Shown here: positions 50,390 to 63,218 of the stretch, piece by piece | Numbering within the stretch: the stretch's first letter is position 1 | How the letters are laid out: each line of letters starts with the position of its first letter | From: the human T2T-CHM13v2.0 reference genome, Homo sapiens | DNA length: 64,000 nt | Direction: 5' to 3' (one strand) | NCBI RefSeq assembly: GCF_009914755.1 | Contig: NC_060936.1 | Made by a program: the position numbers and the translations under genes | Notes under the pieces: model-generated | Database searches by the model: none | Told to the model about the DNA's origin: nothing | What the model saw: only the letters and a program-made list of their open reading frames with translations

Positions 50390-51915
50390 CTCAGGGAAAA
50401 GAGCAAGCAAGATAGAGCCCCATGAAGGCAAGGAACTTGAATACCTGGTTTAATTGTTTGTCCTTGGACTGTAGCATGGTATGTGGGTGCCAGTAAATAT
50501 TAGTTAGTTGAATGAATGAACAAACAAACATAGGCTTGGACAAATAATCATTGAGCATATAGGCTTGGGCTAGCTTCATGGCTTTGCCATTTACTACCTG
50601 AGATAACCCTAGGCAAATAGCTTATCCATTTTCTTACCTATAAAACTGGAGGCAGAGTTCTACCTGCTCACCTCTCTAACTTCATCTCACGATACTCTAC
50701 TCCTAGATTATTACACTCCAGCAACACTAACCTCTTTGCAAGAACCTCAAACACCTCACTCTCTTTTCTGAGGCATGGCCTCTGCAAAGAATATTTCATC
50801 TGCTTAGGACACTCTTTCTCTTCCCCTTCTTATGCTTGGATTTTTCTGGTCCTTCAAGATTCAATTTAAAGTGCTGCTTCCTCCACCAAGTCATCCCTGA
50901 CAAACCTACAGCCTTTCCCAGATTGCTATCACAATACTGTTGATACAAACTGAATATTTGTGGAGCCCTAATACCCAATATGATGGTATTAGAGGTGGGG
51001 CTTTGGGAGGTAATTAGGGTTAAATGAGGTCCTAAGCATGGAGCACACGATGAGATTAGTGCCCTTATAAACAGAGGAGGAGACCAGAGCATTTGCACAT
51101 CCTCTCTTCCTCTCTCTTTCCCTCTCTCTCTCCACCCCATGTGAGGACACAGCATGAAGACAGCCATCTGAAAACCAAGAAGATGGCCATCAGCAGATAC
51201 TGAATCCACCAGTACTTTGAACTTGGACCTTCCAGCCTCCAGAGCTGCAAGAAAAAATGGTTGTTTAAGGCACTCAGTCTACAGTAGTTTGTTAGCCCAA
51301 GCTGAGAAAGACAACTGATAGATATCAATAGCACTTGTCACAATCTACACTTTGTGGCTATGATTTGTTTCCTTGTTCATCTAGTGTCTCTTTCACTAGA
51401 AAGGAAAATCCATGAAGGCAGGGAGCACGTCCATCTAGTTAATCCATCACCAACACCTAGCATATAATTGTCAATACCTAATATCGAATGAATGGTTCCT
51501 ACTACTTCTCCAGTTAACTTCATACTCCTCAATCTCTATATTCTCTAGCTATATAGGCCTTATTTTAATTCCTCAAGCTGCTATTGCACATTCCATTCCC
51601 CCTGCCTGAAGCCTTCTTTCATCCCAGCACTGTAACATTACCTACTTTCTTCCTGATCTCATCTCCTTTACCTGTCTAATTTCTACTCTTCTATCAGATC
51701 TTAGTTTAACATTGTTCTTTTTCCAGAAGGCTTTCTCTGACCCCAAATACTAAGTTAAAACCCCCTACTATTCACTGCAATAATTCCATGTCATAATACT
51801 AATCACAAGTACTATAATAATTACTAAATTACCTCTTTTCCATGGTAAGCTCTATGGAGTCAAGGACTGTGTCTTAGTCACAGCTGAAACACATAGTAGG
51901 TGCTCAATAAAACCT
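50390..51915 (+). mobile_element. Cluster of L2 (and MIR) fragments hosting MLT1A0
   Basis: Several L2 3' ends (CCATGAAGGCAAGGAAC...GTTGAATGAATGAA; CCATGAAGGCAGGGA; CATAGTAGGTGCTCAATAAA). Confidence 0.7.
50941..51313 (+). mobile_element. MLT1A0-like MaLR solo LTR
   Basis: TGAT...GACA termini, GATTAGTGCCCTTATAA, CCATGTGAGGACACAGC..GAAGACAGCCATCTG, TTCCAGCCTCCAGA. TSD ACTGT/ACTGA. Confidence 0.9.
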
Positions 51916-52526
51916 ATTCCCTTCCCTCTTTTGATAAGACTGGTACCTAAATCTGAGGTTGTCAACAACATCCTATTGCAAGAGAGAGACTTTTGGACTA
52001 TTCCCAAAGTCCAAAGTCTATTCAAGCAAAGCCACATTCTTAACAAAATCTGACTCCTCTAACTTGATATCAAGCAAAATGTCAGTTCTGAAGGACTAGA
52101 TAGTTCAATAAATTGCACAGAACTCCAGTGACAGGCATCGCAAGATTGCCATCAGATTTATGATTTGAAAACTCAACTACTCAAGTAAAAATCTCTTCAT
52201 CACAAGGTTATAGGGCCAGCAGAGTGTTACTATTACAAGGTTGAAAAGATTCAGAAAATTCACTATAGAAATAAAGGGTTATTTGAAAATAAAATTAAAC
52301 AGAAAAAAACAGGTAATAAAAAATAGATTTCACATATGGTAAAACAACAAAATTAAACAAGGAAATAGGCTTTCTTTTTAGAAAGCAAACTCAGAGACTG
52401 ATTTACCATCTCTGAATTATTTCACTTATGAATATCATCAGCTCAATTAAGTTAGTAACAAAGCCTGCATTGCGCAATAAAGTAAAAAAAAATCATATTA
52501 TGCAAAATGTTATTAGGAAAGCTTAC

Positions 52527-52842
52527 CTTTTGGCTGGTCAGTAGACAGTTAAAAAGTGAGGATTTTCTTATTCTGTGATGTGAACTGATAAACAACATAA
52601 ATCTCAGGAGAAATCATACATGTATAGAAGAAATGCATGGCTTCTTCACCCTGATTGACTTTTCCCTGCTCCCCATGTGTCTCAGGAGAAGAATGCTCTT
52701 TTTTATGCCAGACGCATCATGATGAATGCTGATGAGACAATATTTGACTCATCACTGCTTAGATGGTTATTTTGCATGCAATCTTTCAACTTCTTCATCA
52801 ATTCATTGGCTTGCACACACAGCAGTATTTGGGGTGCGATTC
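52527..52842 (-). other. Candidate non-coding (5' UTR-like) exon, about 316 nt, of an unidentified minus-strand gene
   Basis: Strong donor AAG|GTAAGC at 52527/52526. Acceptor CTAACTAG|G at 52843/52842, preceded by about 60 nt without AG. Repeat-free complex sequence with no long ORF. The polypyrimidine tract is weak. Confidence 0.45.
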
Positions 52843-53545
52843 CTAGTTAGCAGGTGAACATTTTTGTTTTTAAATTACAGGGATTTTATTAGAAGAAAAG
52901 GTATATTTACTTTCATCAGTTTAGATTAAGTTGATCCAAGAATCAATTAAAAGATGCAATAATCTTCAAAGTTATTTTCTTTAATACAGTGACCCACAAT
53001 TGTTGTGAATCGTTTCATGTCTATGGAGATACAGATGAGCTAAATAGATATAAATCTAGAATCATACAACATGTGGCAGTTTTTGTCTTCTTTGTGATTC
53101 TTCTGTCAACCCTAATAATTTCAGAGGAAAATAGATCTGCTTTTTCCCTCTATGAAACTATCTCATTCCAATATTCAAAAAATACAAATAACAGAGGACA
53201 AAACTTTTCAGAATATAATTTCCCCTAAGGTTTTGGGAAATCACTGCACAGAAAAAATGAGCTATCCTTGTAATTCACAATGGCAGTTAAGCATAAGGTA
53301 TAAAGACATCCAAAGCTTTTTCTGTAAACACTATATACGCAGAGAAGTTTATAATTAGCAGTGGTTGAGGGAACCAAAGACAGAAGATATTGACAACTGA
53401 GAAGCCAGGATAACATCTTCTAACCACAAAGTGTTGTGTGGTGAAATATTTGTTAAGAGAATTAGCAAGAGTAGGCAACAATTTCTCTCGCATGCAGAGA
53501 GTGGTATTTAGAGTATAGCCATTGGCTAAGTAAAGCTTTATAGAA

Positions 53546-53690
53546 CAGTAATTGGTAATGTTTGGGGGGACATGCACCCCTTTGAAAAATGTCATAATCT
53601 ACCATTTCTTATTCCCAGAAAATATATGCATATGCACAGAATTTTTCATAAAATTTGAAGAGATTCCCTGAGGCTCTCAAGTCTGTCCTT
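53546..53690 (+). mobile_element. Charlie4z-like hAT MITE
   Basis: ACCCCTTTGAAAAAT...CCCAGAAAATATATGCATATGCACAGAATTTTTCATAAAATTTGA. Confidence 0.6.
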
Positions 53691-54004
53691 AGAACTTTCC
53701 TCCATCCTCCACCCCCATCCCCAGCAGAAGTCTCTACTTTGGAGAGAACCCTCACCTTAAACATGGGACTGAAGCTTACAGGGAGAAAAAAGTACTATGC
53801 TGTTAGGAATTTGTCTTCAATACAATCACACCTATTTAGCAGAAAAGCTCCTGTTTCTTACCCCTGCTACCTCAAGGACAGATATGTAGAGAAATGTCCT
53901 GCACCGATTCTTCCTGAAGAGTCAAGGGAACATATTTACAGTTCATGGGCAAATAAACTTACACTGTAAATGATCATATATAAGCTAATGAGGAATTGAA
54001 GGAA

Positions 54005-54245
54005 AGTAATATTTATGAAGTATTTAGGTATGCTAAGCCCTCTATGAGCTGCTTTAATACAAATTACCACATTAAATCTTCACAAGAACCCTGGGAGCTA
54101 GTTATTATTATTCCTACTCAAGAATAAATGGAAACAATGGTTCCAAGAAGTTAACTAACCTGCACAAGGTCACACTGCTGGTTGAGGATGGAATTTAGGT
54201 TCTAACTCGGAATTATCTCATTCCAAAGCTCATCTTCTTTCCTTT
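54005..54245 (-). mobile_element. MIR SINE
   Basis: AATCTTCACAAGAACCCTGGGAG.TAG.TATTATTATTCC...GTTAACTAACCTGCACAAGGTCACAC. Confidence 0.8.
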
Positions 54246-54299
54246 ACCTTCTATTTCTTCATGGCTAAGTTTATGGCATGGTCATCCACTGTGCTTGGA

Positions 54300-55285
54300 A
54301 AACACGTTAGAGCTTAGGGCCTTTCTCATGGAGTACATAACTAATCCACTCAAAAGAATCCCAACCCCTCCCCACCACCTCCACTCCAACCACCCTGATA
54401 CAAAGCATCATCATCTCCCCCTGGATTATTGTAATGGCCTCCTCACTAGTCCTGCAGCTTCCTCCCTGACCCTCATACAGCCCATACTCAACACAGCAGC
54501 CAAAGTGATGCTTTAAGAACAAAAGTTAGATCACAGCATCGCTCCTGTATTCAAACCCTGCAATGGCTCTCCAACATGCTCAGAATAAAAACTGCATGCC
54601 TTATGAAAGCCTACAAAGTCCAATTTCATCAGGTCTCAGACCTGCCTCTCTGACCTCACCTTAGATCTTCAAAATCCTCCTGTCTAGCCTCATTAGCCTG
54701 CTTGATGCACTCTTCAATTTTGTACTGCTTATCCCCTCTGTCTGGAATGCTCTTCCCCCATATCTCTATCACAAACTCCTCAAATCTTATGTCTTTGCCT
54801 CAAATGCCGCCTCCTTTATGAGGGCTTCCCCAGTTATGCTATTTAAAATTGCACATCAGCCAGGTGTGGTGGCACCCGCCTGTTGTCCAAAGCTACTTGA
54901 AAGGATGAGGCAAGAGGATGGTTTGAGCCCGGGAGTTCAAAGTTACAGTGAGCTATGATTGTACCACTGCACTCCTGCCTAGGCAACACAGTGGGACCCT
55001 GTCTCTAAAAAATAAAATAAAATAAAATTGTGCACCAACTAATACCCCAATGTTCCTTATTCTCCTACCCTTCTTTATTTTTTCCATGGTATGTATTATC
55101 ATTTGATATACCTTTAATAGCACTCATATGCTTATGTTCTCCTTCTTGCCTCCTGTAGAATATAAGTTTCATAAGCGCAGGAATTGTTGCCTGATAGTTT
55201 ACTGCTATAGTTTTAGTTCCTGAAACAATTCCAGGCACACAGTATGTGCACAATTAATGTTTGATGAATGAATAAGTAAATAAAT
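54300..55285 (+). mobile_element. L2a-like fragment interrupted by FRAM
   Basis: CCTGGATTATTGTAATGGCCTCCT.ACT.GTC, CACAGCAGCCAAAGTGAT.CTTT, CCTCTGTCTGGAATGCTCTTCCCC, GGCACACAGTA...TGAATGAATAA tail. Confidence 0.85.
54858..55022 (+). mobile_element. FRAM (free right Alu monomer)
   Basis: Monomer with GAGTTCAAAGTTACAGTGAGCTATGATTG and an A-rich tail. TSD TAAAATTGCACATC / TAAAATTGTGCACC. Confidence 0.85.
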
Positions 55286-56479
55286 GGTCACTGGCACTCC
55301 AAGTCTTAATTGACAGACCAACAGAACACACTGAACTGTGCAGTCTTCTAGAGTCTACTTGCATGATAACTGCTGTAATAGGAGGGCTGCCTCTCAACAC
55401 TCCACTGCACGCCAATTAAATGCAGCCTGTGAGTGTGTGCACAGTCCCCAGCAAAGTTTGGCCTCCCCTGGTACAACCAAAGGGCTCCTGCATGTCATCT
55501 TTTCAGTTCAGTGCACCACTTAAGACATCTAAATCAATGGAAACAGAAACGTTCATTTTAATTTAAAATAGCCTTTGCAGAAGAGGTGTGAGCTTTACAT
55601 TTTAAGCAAGTTTGCCAACTTTATCCTTAGTTAAATAATAAGTGCCACAAGAATTAATAGATTTCATGCCACCCAGAGATCAGAAATAAGGTGAAAAAAA
55701 CAGTTTCCTTCCTTTTCCATGGAGTAATTAGATATATAAGTGAGGACATCTATGGTTTTAAGAAATTGTTAGATATGGTTAAATGCTTGGGGGCGGGGGA
55801 GAGGATGAGAAGAAGAATCCTCCCAAAGCTGTTTACCTTTACCAACCTAGGAAAAGATCTTGTCAATCTCTGCTAAAAGGTGTGTTAGGGGAAAATAAAA
55901 TAAAGACAAATAAGCAAATGTGTTTTAATACTCCTGAAAAAACTAATAGTCAGCAAGATAGTCAGTATTATAATTACTTGTGCTGTCACAAACAGGGCTT
56001 CCAGCAGTGCAAAATGAGTACACCTTACTGAATTACTGAATGTTATAAAATGCTTAAGTATTTTGCAGAATTCATTTTCCCCATTTACGGATTGTCATTG
56101 ACAAAGTGAAATAAAATGAAACATTACACCCCAGAGTGTCAACTCAGGTTGTTCTTAGTGGAAAAGCAAAATACAAAATTTTATAATAGAATGTGAGAAT
56201 TATGCCTACCATGTTATAGTTTATACATTAATCTAATATAAAATCAAACATAGCAATTCAAAGAATTAATTAATACCTCTTCTCCTGGTTTGGGACAGAA
56301 GAAGGGATACTTTAGCCAACATCTGCACCAGAGAAACATTTTCTCCATTTAGGAGGCTGTGTGAGCAGTAGCATGCATCTTAGTAACAAGCATTACTTGA
56401 ACCATAGCATGTGATAAAAAGAAAAAAAGACTAAGGCCAACACTTTGGGGAGAGGCTTTCTTATTATTCAAAAGGCATA

Positions 56480-56642
56480 ACACATTAGAGCTGCAAGGGA
56501 TCTAGACCAATTTCCTCACTATACAGACAAGAAAATGGGGGTTTGGATTTGAGAAGTGACTCGCCCAAGGTCACACAGTGACTTAGCCAGGACAAAAATC
56601 ACGTCTCCTAACTCCCAATCCAATTATCTTTTCACTACCATG
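56480..56642 (-). mobile_element. MIRc/MIR3 SINE
   Basis: TTAGAGCTGCAAGGGA...AAGTGACTCGCCCAAGGTCACACAG...TCTCCTAACTCCCA.TCCA. Confidence 0.8.
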
Positions 56643-57039
56643 TGGGTACTCAATAAACATTGGTTTCTCTTTCTTTTAAGCAGCAGGAGGAAAGACAGAG
56701 AGAAAGGACATTGCCATTTATTATTGTTTTTTGTATTTTTTAATATAAGGACTTTAGAAAGACAATACCAAAGCGGCAATGTGTATTTTATTTCCCCAGA
56801 GCATGATGTGCTCTTGGGTAAATGTGTTTTATGAAGAGATTTGTCCTGGGAAGTTGGCAGATTTTACTGTAAATATTTTAACAGTTTCCTATTATTTAGT
56901 TGTGGGATTAAATTTTTATCCCAGCTGCCCCAGACCGATGTCTGCAAGTTATAAGTGGTTTTGTGAGGGAGTGCTGGCAAGAATTATGGCTTTCTTCTTT
57001 AAAGAATGTTTTGGTAGACATTCAAAGAAGAACTTCTCC

Positions 57040-57389
57040 TGTCTGCAAGAAATCAGCTCTCAGCTTCTTCAGCTTCCCACCAGCTTCAGAGAACTGCTGT
57101 GCTGCAGGTCAAGGCCTTCTGGTGCTATCCATATCTGGTGACCAAGCAAGACATGAGGAGTAGAAAGGCTTAGACAGTTTGACCAACGCAGAAGAGCTCT
57201 GATGAACAGTACTCACTTCAGAGCTCCCTGACAGTGATCAAGGCTTTTTCAGACCCACATCACAATTCAAATTCTCCCTCCACCCAATATGCTTCTCCTC
57301 TTAACCTTCATAAAGGTTAATCTCTAATAAATATCTCATAGGCAGAACTCTGCCTCACTGTCTGCTTCCACTCAATCCAACCTGCAACA
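57040..57389 (+). mobile_element. LTR16-like ERVL LTR
   Basis: CAGAGCTCCC, TTCTCCCTCCACCCAAT.TGCTTC, CTAATAAATATC and terminal GTCTGCTTCC...CCAACCTGCAACA. Confidence 0.75.
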
Positions 57390-57689
57390 AATGTCTGCTT
57401 GGTTTCTCAGGCAGACACTCTAGCCACAAGTTTTCAGCCAGCCTAGGGTGGTGCCCAGTTCATACTAGAACCAGCTTCCCCAGGGCTGCCAGGACCATCA
57501 GAAGTAGGTTTTATGTCCTATAGGAACAGGGAAATACAAGAGACTAGCTGATCAAAGACTATAGGCCTTGCTTGCATCACATCAAAAAGTTAGCACATGG
57601 GGTCAAATTAAAACAGCCTTGACTGTAGAGAGAACAGATGAGCCCCTGGTAGACACCAGGGAAGAACCCACTGTTCATGTTTTATCTTG

Positions 57690-57860
57690 ATCAGCTTCTC
57701 AGGATCAGGTGCTGTGCTGAGTGCTTTACATATGTTGTGCCTTTAAATCCTCACAACCACCTTCTGTTCTAAGGCAGATTTCTTTATCCTCATTTTACAG
57801 TTTTAAAAATAGTCTCAGAGAAGTTAAGTAAATTGTCCAAGGTTACCAGTCAGATCACAG
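57690..57860 (-). mobile_element. MIR SINE
   Basis: TGCTTTACAT...AATCCTCACAAC...ATCCTCATTTTACAG...CTCAGAGAAGTTAAGTAAATTGTCCAAGGT. Confidence 0.8.
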
Positions 57861-58699
57861 ATGCCTGAAATACCTTGAACAATGAACAAAGTTCTTCATT
57901 TTACACAGAGAAGGTGGGCTTAAAGCCCCTAAGCATCTCTGAGGAGGAAAGTTCAGAGAGAACAATGACTGGGTTTCTGAAGCCTGTGTGTTCTGTCTAT
58001 GTAGACTGATCGTGTAATTGACCTATAGCACTGCGAGAATGGGGCTTACTGCAGTGAACAGCTTTGCTTTTCTCTGAAGTGGTTCCAGTTGTTTCTGCTT
58101 GCCTCGAAGGTTCCAGTTCCTAGCACCGTTGGTCAGGCTCTCCAAAGAGGTGCATGCAGCTTCAACCTGCAGAAGCTTTACCTGCCATCTTCTATGTCTC
58201 TGTTCCCTTCTTTGAGGATAAACCTCAGACTTGCTATTCATGCCATTCAAACAAAGAATTTTGCCTGACATTTTGACTGCTATTTCAGTGTTTAAATTTT
58301 ACTATACATTGCAGTTCAATGGTTTTGTCTTTTTTAGTGAGTAATCTTTTGATTTGGCTTTATATTATTATATTGTTACTTCTGCTTTTTAAAACTTTCC
58401 TAAACTGTAAACACTAAGAGATATGCAAGCCAAACAATTATGCTAACAGCCATGCCCCAAACAGGGGGAGCTGAATGACTATTTTATATAGTTAGTTCTG
58501 CACAGGGCTTTTCTTTATCCCTAAGGAAGACTCCTAGGCAAGCCCCAGTAAACATTAAATTCAGTCAACTAAGAAAAATTGACAGAGCCACACTCATCAC
58601 TGATCTTGATCATTTGGGAAAACCACAAACAAAATCTTCCTATGGAAATGCATTGAAACTGTCCCTAACACTAGGTTATCATTGTTTCTGTAAGTATTA

Positions 58700-59130
58700 A
58701 CAACCACGTATTGAGTGCCCACTAATGCCAGGCATCACACGGTCTCCTCACCATCCAACAGGGAAGCACCTTTATGTTCATATGTGCTAGCTACCAGTAG
58801 GATTACGTTCCCCTTCTTATAAATGAAGAAACTGGGGCTCAGAAAGGTTAAGTAACTTGCCACTTTATAAGCTTGTGATCTTAAGGAAGCTATTTAACCT
58901 ATCTGAGACAGTTTTGTCATGTATACAATGAGAAAAATAATAACTACCTGAGCCTGGTGTAGTGCCCACACCCCTAATGCTCTGCCTGGCCCACAGCAGG
59001 CCTTCAATTAACATTTGTTGAATGAACGAAAGTCATAAGAATTGAATAGGATGAGAATTATAAATACTGTAAGAAAACTGACTAGGACAGTGTGTGGCAA
59101 ATGGTGGCTATGTTATTGTCATTTCATAGT
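58700..59130. mobile_element. Adjacent MIR fragments in opposite orientations with an L2 3' piece
   Basis: Minus-strand core AAATGAAGAAACTGGGGCTCAGAAAGGTTAAGTAACTTGCCC, then plus-strand core TGTGATCTT..GGAAG.TATTTAACCTATCTGAGACAGTTT. L2 tail ACATTTGTTGAATGAA. Confidence 0.7.
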
Positions 59131-59544
59131 GGTAAGTAGTTACAAATGCCTATGTTCCTTTCACTCCATGACATCATGTTTCAGATCATGGCACTGTAAT
59201 GTTTTCAGAAAAAAAACTGGAGCCTAACTAAAAACATACTACCACAGTGACAATTCATAGTGTCTTCCATGCATGACTACCCAATATTGGCCAATATTGC
59301 AGAGCAGCTACACCACACTTAGAGGAGAGAGTAGGAGAAAAGTTCTACCCAAGTCAGATCTTTCTATTAAATGCCTCTGCTTTATCTCAAGCAAAGTTTC
59401 CCATGGTATTTGCTGGAAGAGGGTATAAAAGTCTTTAATTAAATTATGAGAATCCTCTTTAAATCTTGGTGGCTTCTTGAAAAACTCCAATGAAAAAGAT
59501 CCACCTTTTGTCAAAGCAGTGTGTCACAGATAATTTCTTTAATG

Positions 59545-59790
59545 TTTAATATTTACTGGATTGTAACTATTTGCCGGGCAATGTTTTAACCACCTGGTGC
59601 AGATTAACATCTTTAATCCTTATGAGAACGCTATTATATAAGTACTACTATTGTTTTCATTTTCCAGAGGAAAAAAGTGAAGCACAGAGAGGTCAAGGAA
59701 TGTACTCAAAGCTATACTGTGAATAAGGGCTTACCCAAAGTTCAAATCCAGGATTCTACGGATATCACTATGCTATACAACCCCTCCATA
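59545..59790 (-). mobile_element. MIR SINE
   Basis: CATTTTCCAGAGGAAAAAAGTGAAGCACAGAGAGGTCAAG...TTCAAATCCAGG. Confidence 0.75.
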
Positions 59791-60442
59791 CCTGCCTTTC
59801 CAAACTTCTTTGTTTTTAAGGAGACCTAAGCACTGGCTAAGTTTAAAATTTTGCCTAGCAAGGTTTTTCAACACGGAGATGGCTGCAACATGTAGGGTTA
59901 CCTCCCAGCCTCCTCTTGCACCAGCCATGGCCAGATAAGAATCCTTCCAAGACTAACAGCCTTCTTTATCTCCCTAAAAATGCTAACCCCCTTCAGCAGA
60001 AGAATCCCCCATGGATGAGTAGTCAATTGGAGAAAGTCTCCTAATTGCATTTGCAAATTGACTTGGGAAAGAACCAGGTATCATTAAGGCCATGCCTGAT
60101 CTACAAAGTAATCAGTATACAGAGCTTAGGCCTTAAAACTAATTATAAAACGGAATTTTTTCCCCTGCTGAAATTCTTAAAGAATCTGACCAGCCCAAGG
60201 ACTATCTAACTAAGAACTTTGTTTCATCTATAAAACCTGTCCAGGGTAACATCCCTAGGGACACCACACAGCTTGACTCCAGCATGTGCCATTCATGTGA
60301 TCTATGTGAAGGTAGCTGGCTAGACCAATACAGCCCACAACCTGAGCAGCTTTCAGCAGTAGCCCTGACACTTCTAATGGCAGCCTCTGCCCACCCCCCA
60401 CAACCTTATTAACCAAATCTCTTCTTGATGTCATCTTTCCTA

Positions 60443-60889
<447 letters not shown>

Positions 60890-61903
60890 TTAAGTAAGAT
60901 CTGTGTGTCCTTCTCTAGAAGATACATTTCAATATAGTACAGAGAATGAGATGTTAGGCAACCTCCTGTAAGAAACATCTCTGTCCAAAATTATGCTAGG
61001 TTAGTGTTGAATATCACTATTGAAAAGCAGAAAGTGGCCTGCCTCTGGAACCACCACTATAGAGGCATGCAGTCATGACTGGATATCGTTCCTGCCAGTT
61101 ACTTCTGTCGCAGGAGAGCTCAAAAAAGAGGTAAGGTCACCTAAGCCCCATGAAGGAATGATTCTATCCCTCCCTCCACCAAAAAAAAAAGATCCAAATC
61201 TAGTTGTATATTTGTGGAAAAAAATTTTTTCAAGAACCAGCACAGAGCTGACACCATTGTGGTAGTACACAAATTGTGGATACAGAAGCAGCCACAGAGC
61301 AACTCTACTGATTTGCCTCTTGGGGAATTGTTACATTTCTTTTTTGTCTTAATAAAAACATTAAGATACAAACATTCAGATTATCCAAAAGAAGGCACCC
61401 TTAATATTTGGCATACATTTAAAGCAATGTCCCAGGCCCTTAAGTAGAACCCAACCTATGTCCTATGTCATAGGATGCCACCATCCCAAGGCTGGCAGTT
61501 TTTTTTATTAAACCACTGCCTTCCCAGGATGGACTGGTTGAGAAAGCCTTATATCCCATTTCATAAGAAATCGGTCTAGTAGTTATGCCTCAACCAAATG
61601 AACTTGCCTTGATGTCCAGTCTAGCAATACTGATCAATGGTCAACTACTTGTAATCAGTTAATGTCAAAGCTTGTACTTGGTGAGGTATATGTATAAAAT
61701 GGATTTTACTTTTCTCCAAAGCCTTCTAAGTGGATGTTCCCTTCAACAATAATCAAAGGTGATGATCATTTAACACCTTAGGTAGACACCATAACTTCTT
61801 ATTCAGCTTTTGTTTATAATAGTTTGTCCAATCTAATGTTCCAGTCGCCTACCAAATTCAAAGCTTGTCTTTCCCCCATCACTGTTTAGTTTGTGCTACA
61901 TGG

Positions 61904-62241
61904 CAGGGGTCCCCATCCACCAGGCCGCAGACTGGTACTTGTCCCTAGACTGTTAGGAAAGAGGCCACACAACAGGTGAGCGGTAGTCCAGAGAGCAGTA
62001 CCGCCTGAGCTCTGCCTCCTGTCAGGTGGCGGTGGCCTCAGATTCTCGTAGGAGCCAGAACCCTACTGTGAACTGCGCATGCAAGGAATCCGGGATGCGT
62101 GCTCCTTATGAAAATCTAACTAATGCCTGATGATGTGAGGTGGAAGAGTTTCATCCCGAAACCATCCTCCGCACCCCCGTCCGTGGAAAAATTGTCTTCC
62201 ACGAAACCGGAGTCTGTTGCCAAAAATGTTGGGGACCACTG
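61904..62241 (+). mobile_element. MER1B hAT-Charlie MITE, full length
   Basis: TIRs CAGGGGTCCCCA...TGGGGACCACTG. Internal GCTCCTTATGA.AATCTAACTAATGCCTGATGAT.TGAGGTGGAA and GTGGAAAAATTGTCTTCCACGAAACCGG. Confidence 0.93.
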
Positions 62242-63005
62242 ATATAAGGGACCTAAAGAAGTGGAAGAAAATATATTCATGAACTCATCCTCCTCCTTCA
62301 CCTTGGAATGAAAAGCAGTAGCCTCCCTCTGGGACATTCTCCTCCCTGTTCGGAGCCTCCGCCTATTCAGGAGAAAGAGAGAAGGGTCTTTTATTAATAC
62401 TTGAATGGCACTATCTACCACTAGCTGGCTGCGGATGCCCAGTCTGGAGAAAATATCCAACTCCTCACTCTCTTGGTGAGGCATGCACATGAATTCTCCA
62501 GCTGATTCAGCAAGGCATCCTCGCTTGACATAATGGAATTTAGTTGTGACTTAACCTTTGCTAGTGTGCTATCAACTCCTATCCCAAGTGTTATACCCCA
62601 CAGCCTTTTGCTGTTGGCGATACCCCCTTGGGTAGGATACCAGGAAGGCAGCTTAAGCACAACTATTCTTTGGTATCTACATAACCAATGAAAAATTCAT
62701 GCTTCCTTCCTTGCCATGCCAAATGATGGGAATGTTGGTTACTATGCCTCCTCTTCACCCTACTCTTTCACTCCAGTTCTCCATTTCCCCACTGGCATAA
62801 GCACAGTTCTTTGCCAAATCTAACATCTATCCTGGAGTAACAGTTTCCCCGTCATGAAGGATCCCTCAAGTTTCTGTGAAGAGGTTTCTTGGAGGCCCTC
62901 TCATCTCACCTCAAGAAGGGGAAGCACCTTAATTCTCCCATCCATATGCCATACCACTGCCCTCCTAAGGTTGCTTTGCCTTCAAAGCTTTCTCCCCTTT
63001 GCTGC

Positions 63006-63218
63006 TTTTTTTTTTTTTTTTTTTTGACAGGATCTGGCTCTGTTGCCCAGGCTGGAGTGCAGTGGCACAATCTTGGCTCCCTGCAGCCTCGACCTCTGAG
63101 GCTCAAGTGATCCTCCTACCTCAGCCTCCCAAGTAGCTGGGACTACAGGCATGCCACCACAACCAGCTAATGTTTTGTATTTTTTTGTAGAGACTGTTTC
63201 ATCATGTTGCCTAGGCTG
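63006..63218 (-). mobile_element. 5'-truncated Alu (AluJ-like)
   Basis: T20 then GACAGGATCTGGCTCTGTTGCCCAGGCTGGAGTGCAGTGG...GGCTCAAGTGATCCTCC. Confidence 0.95.

Noticed and set aside
52527-52842. Naming the host gene
   Set aside because: No coding exon is present and I do not recognise the sequence with confidence; a BLAT search is required.
58023-58271. 82-aa minus-strand ORF or exon in unique-looking sequence
   Set aside because: Splice signals are weak (short pyrimidine tract, GCA|GTAAGC donor) and there is no recognisable protein similarity.
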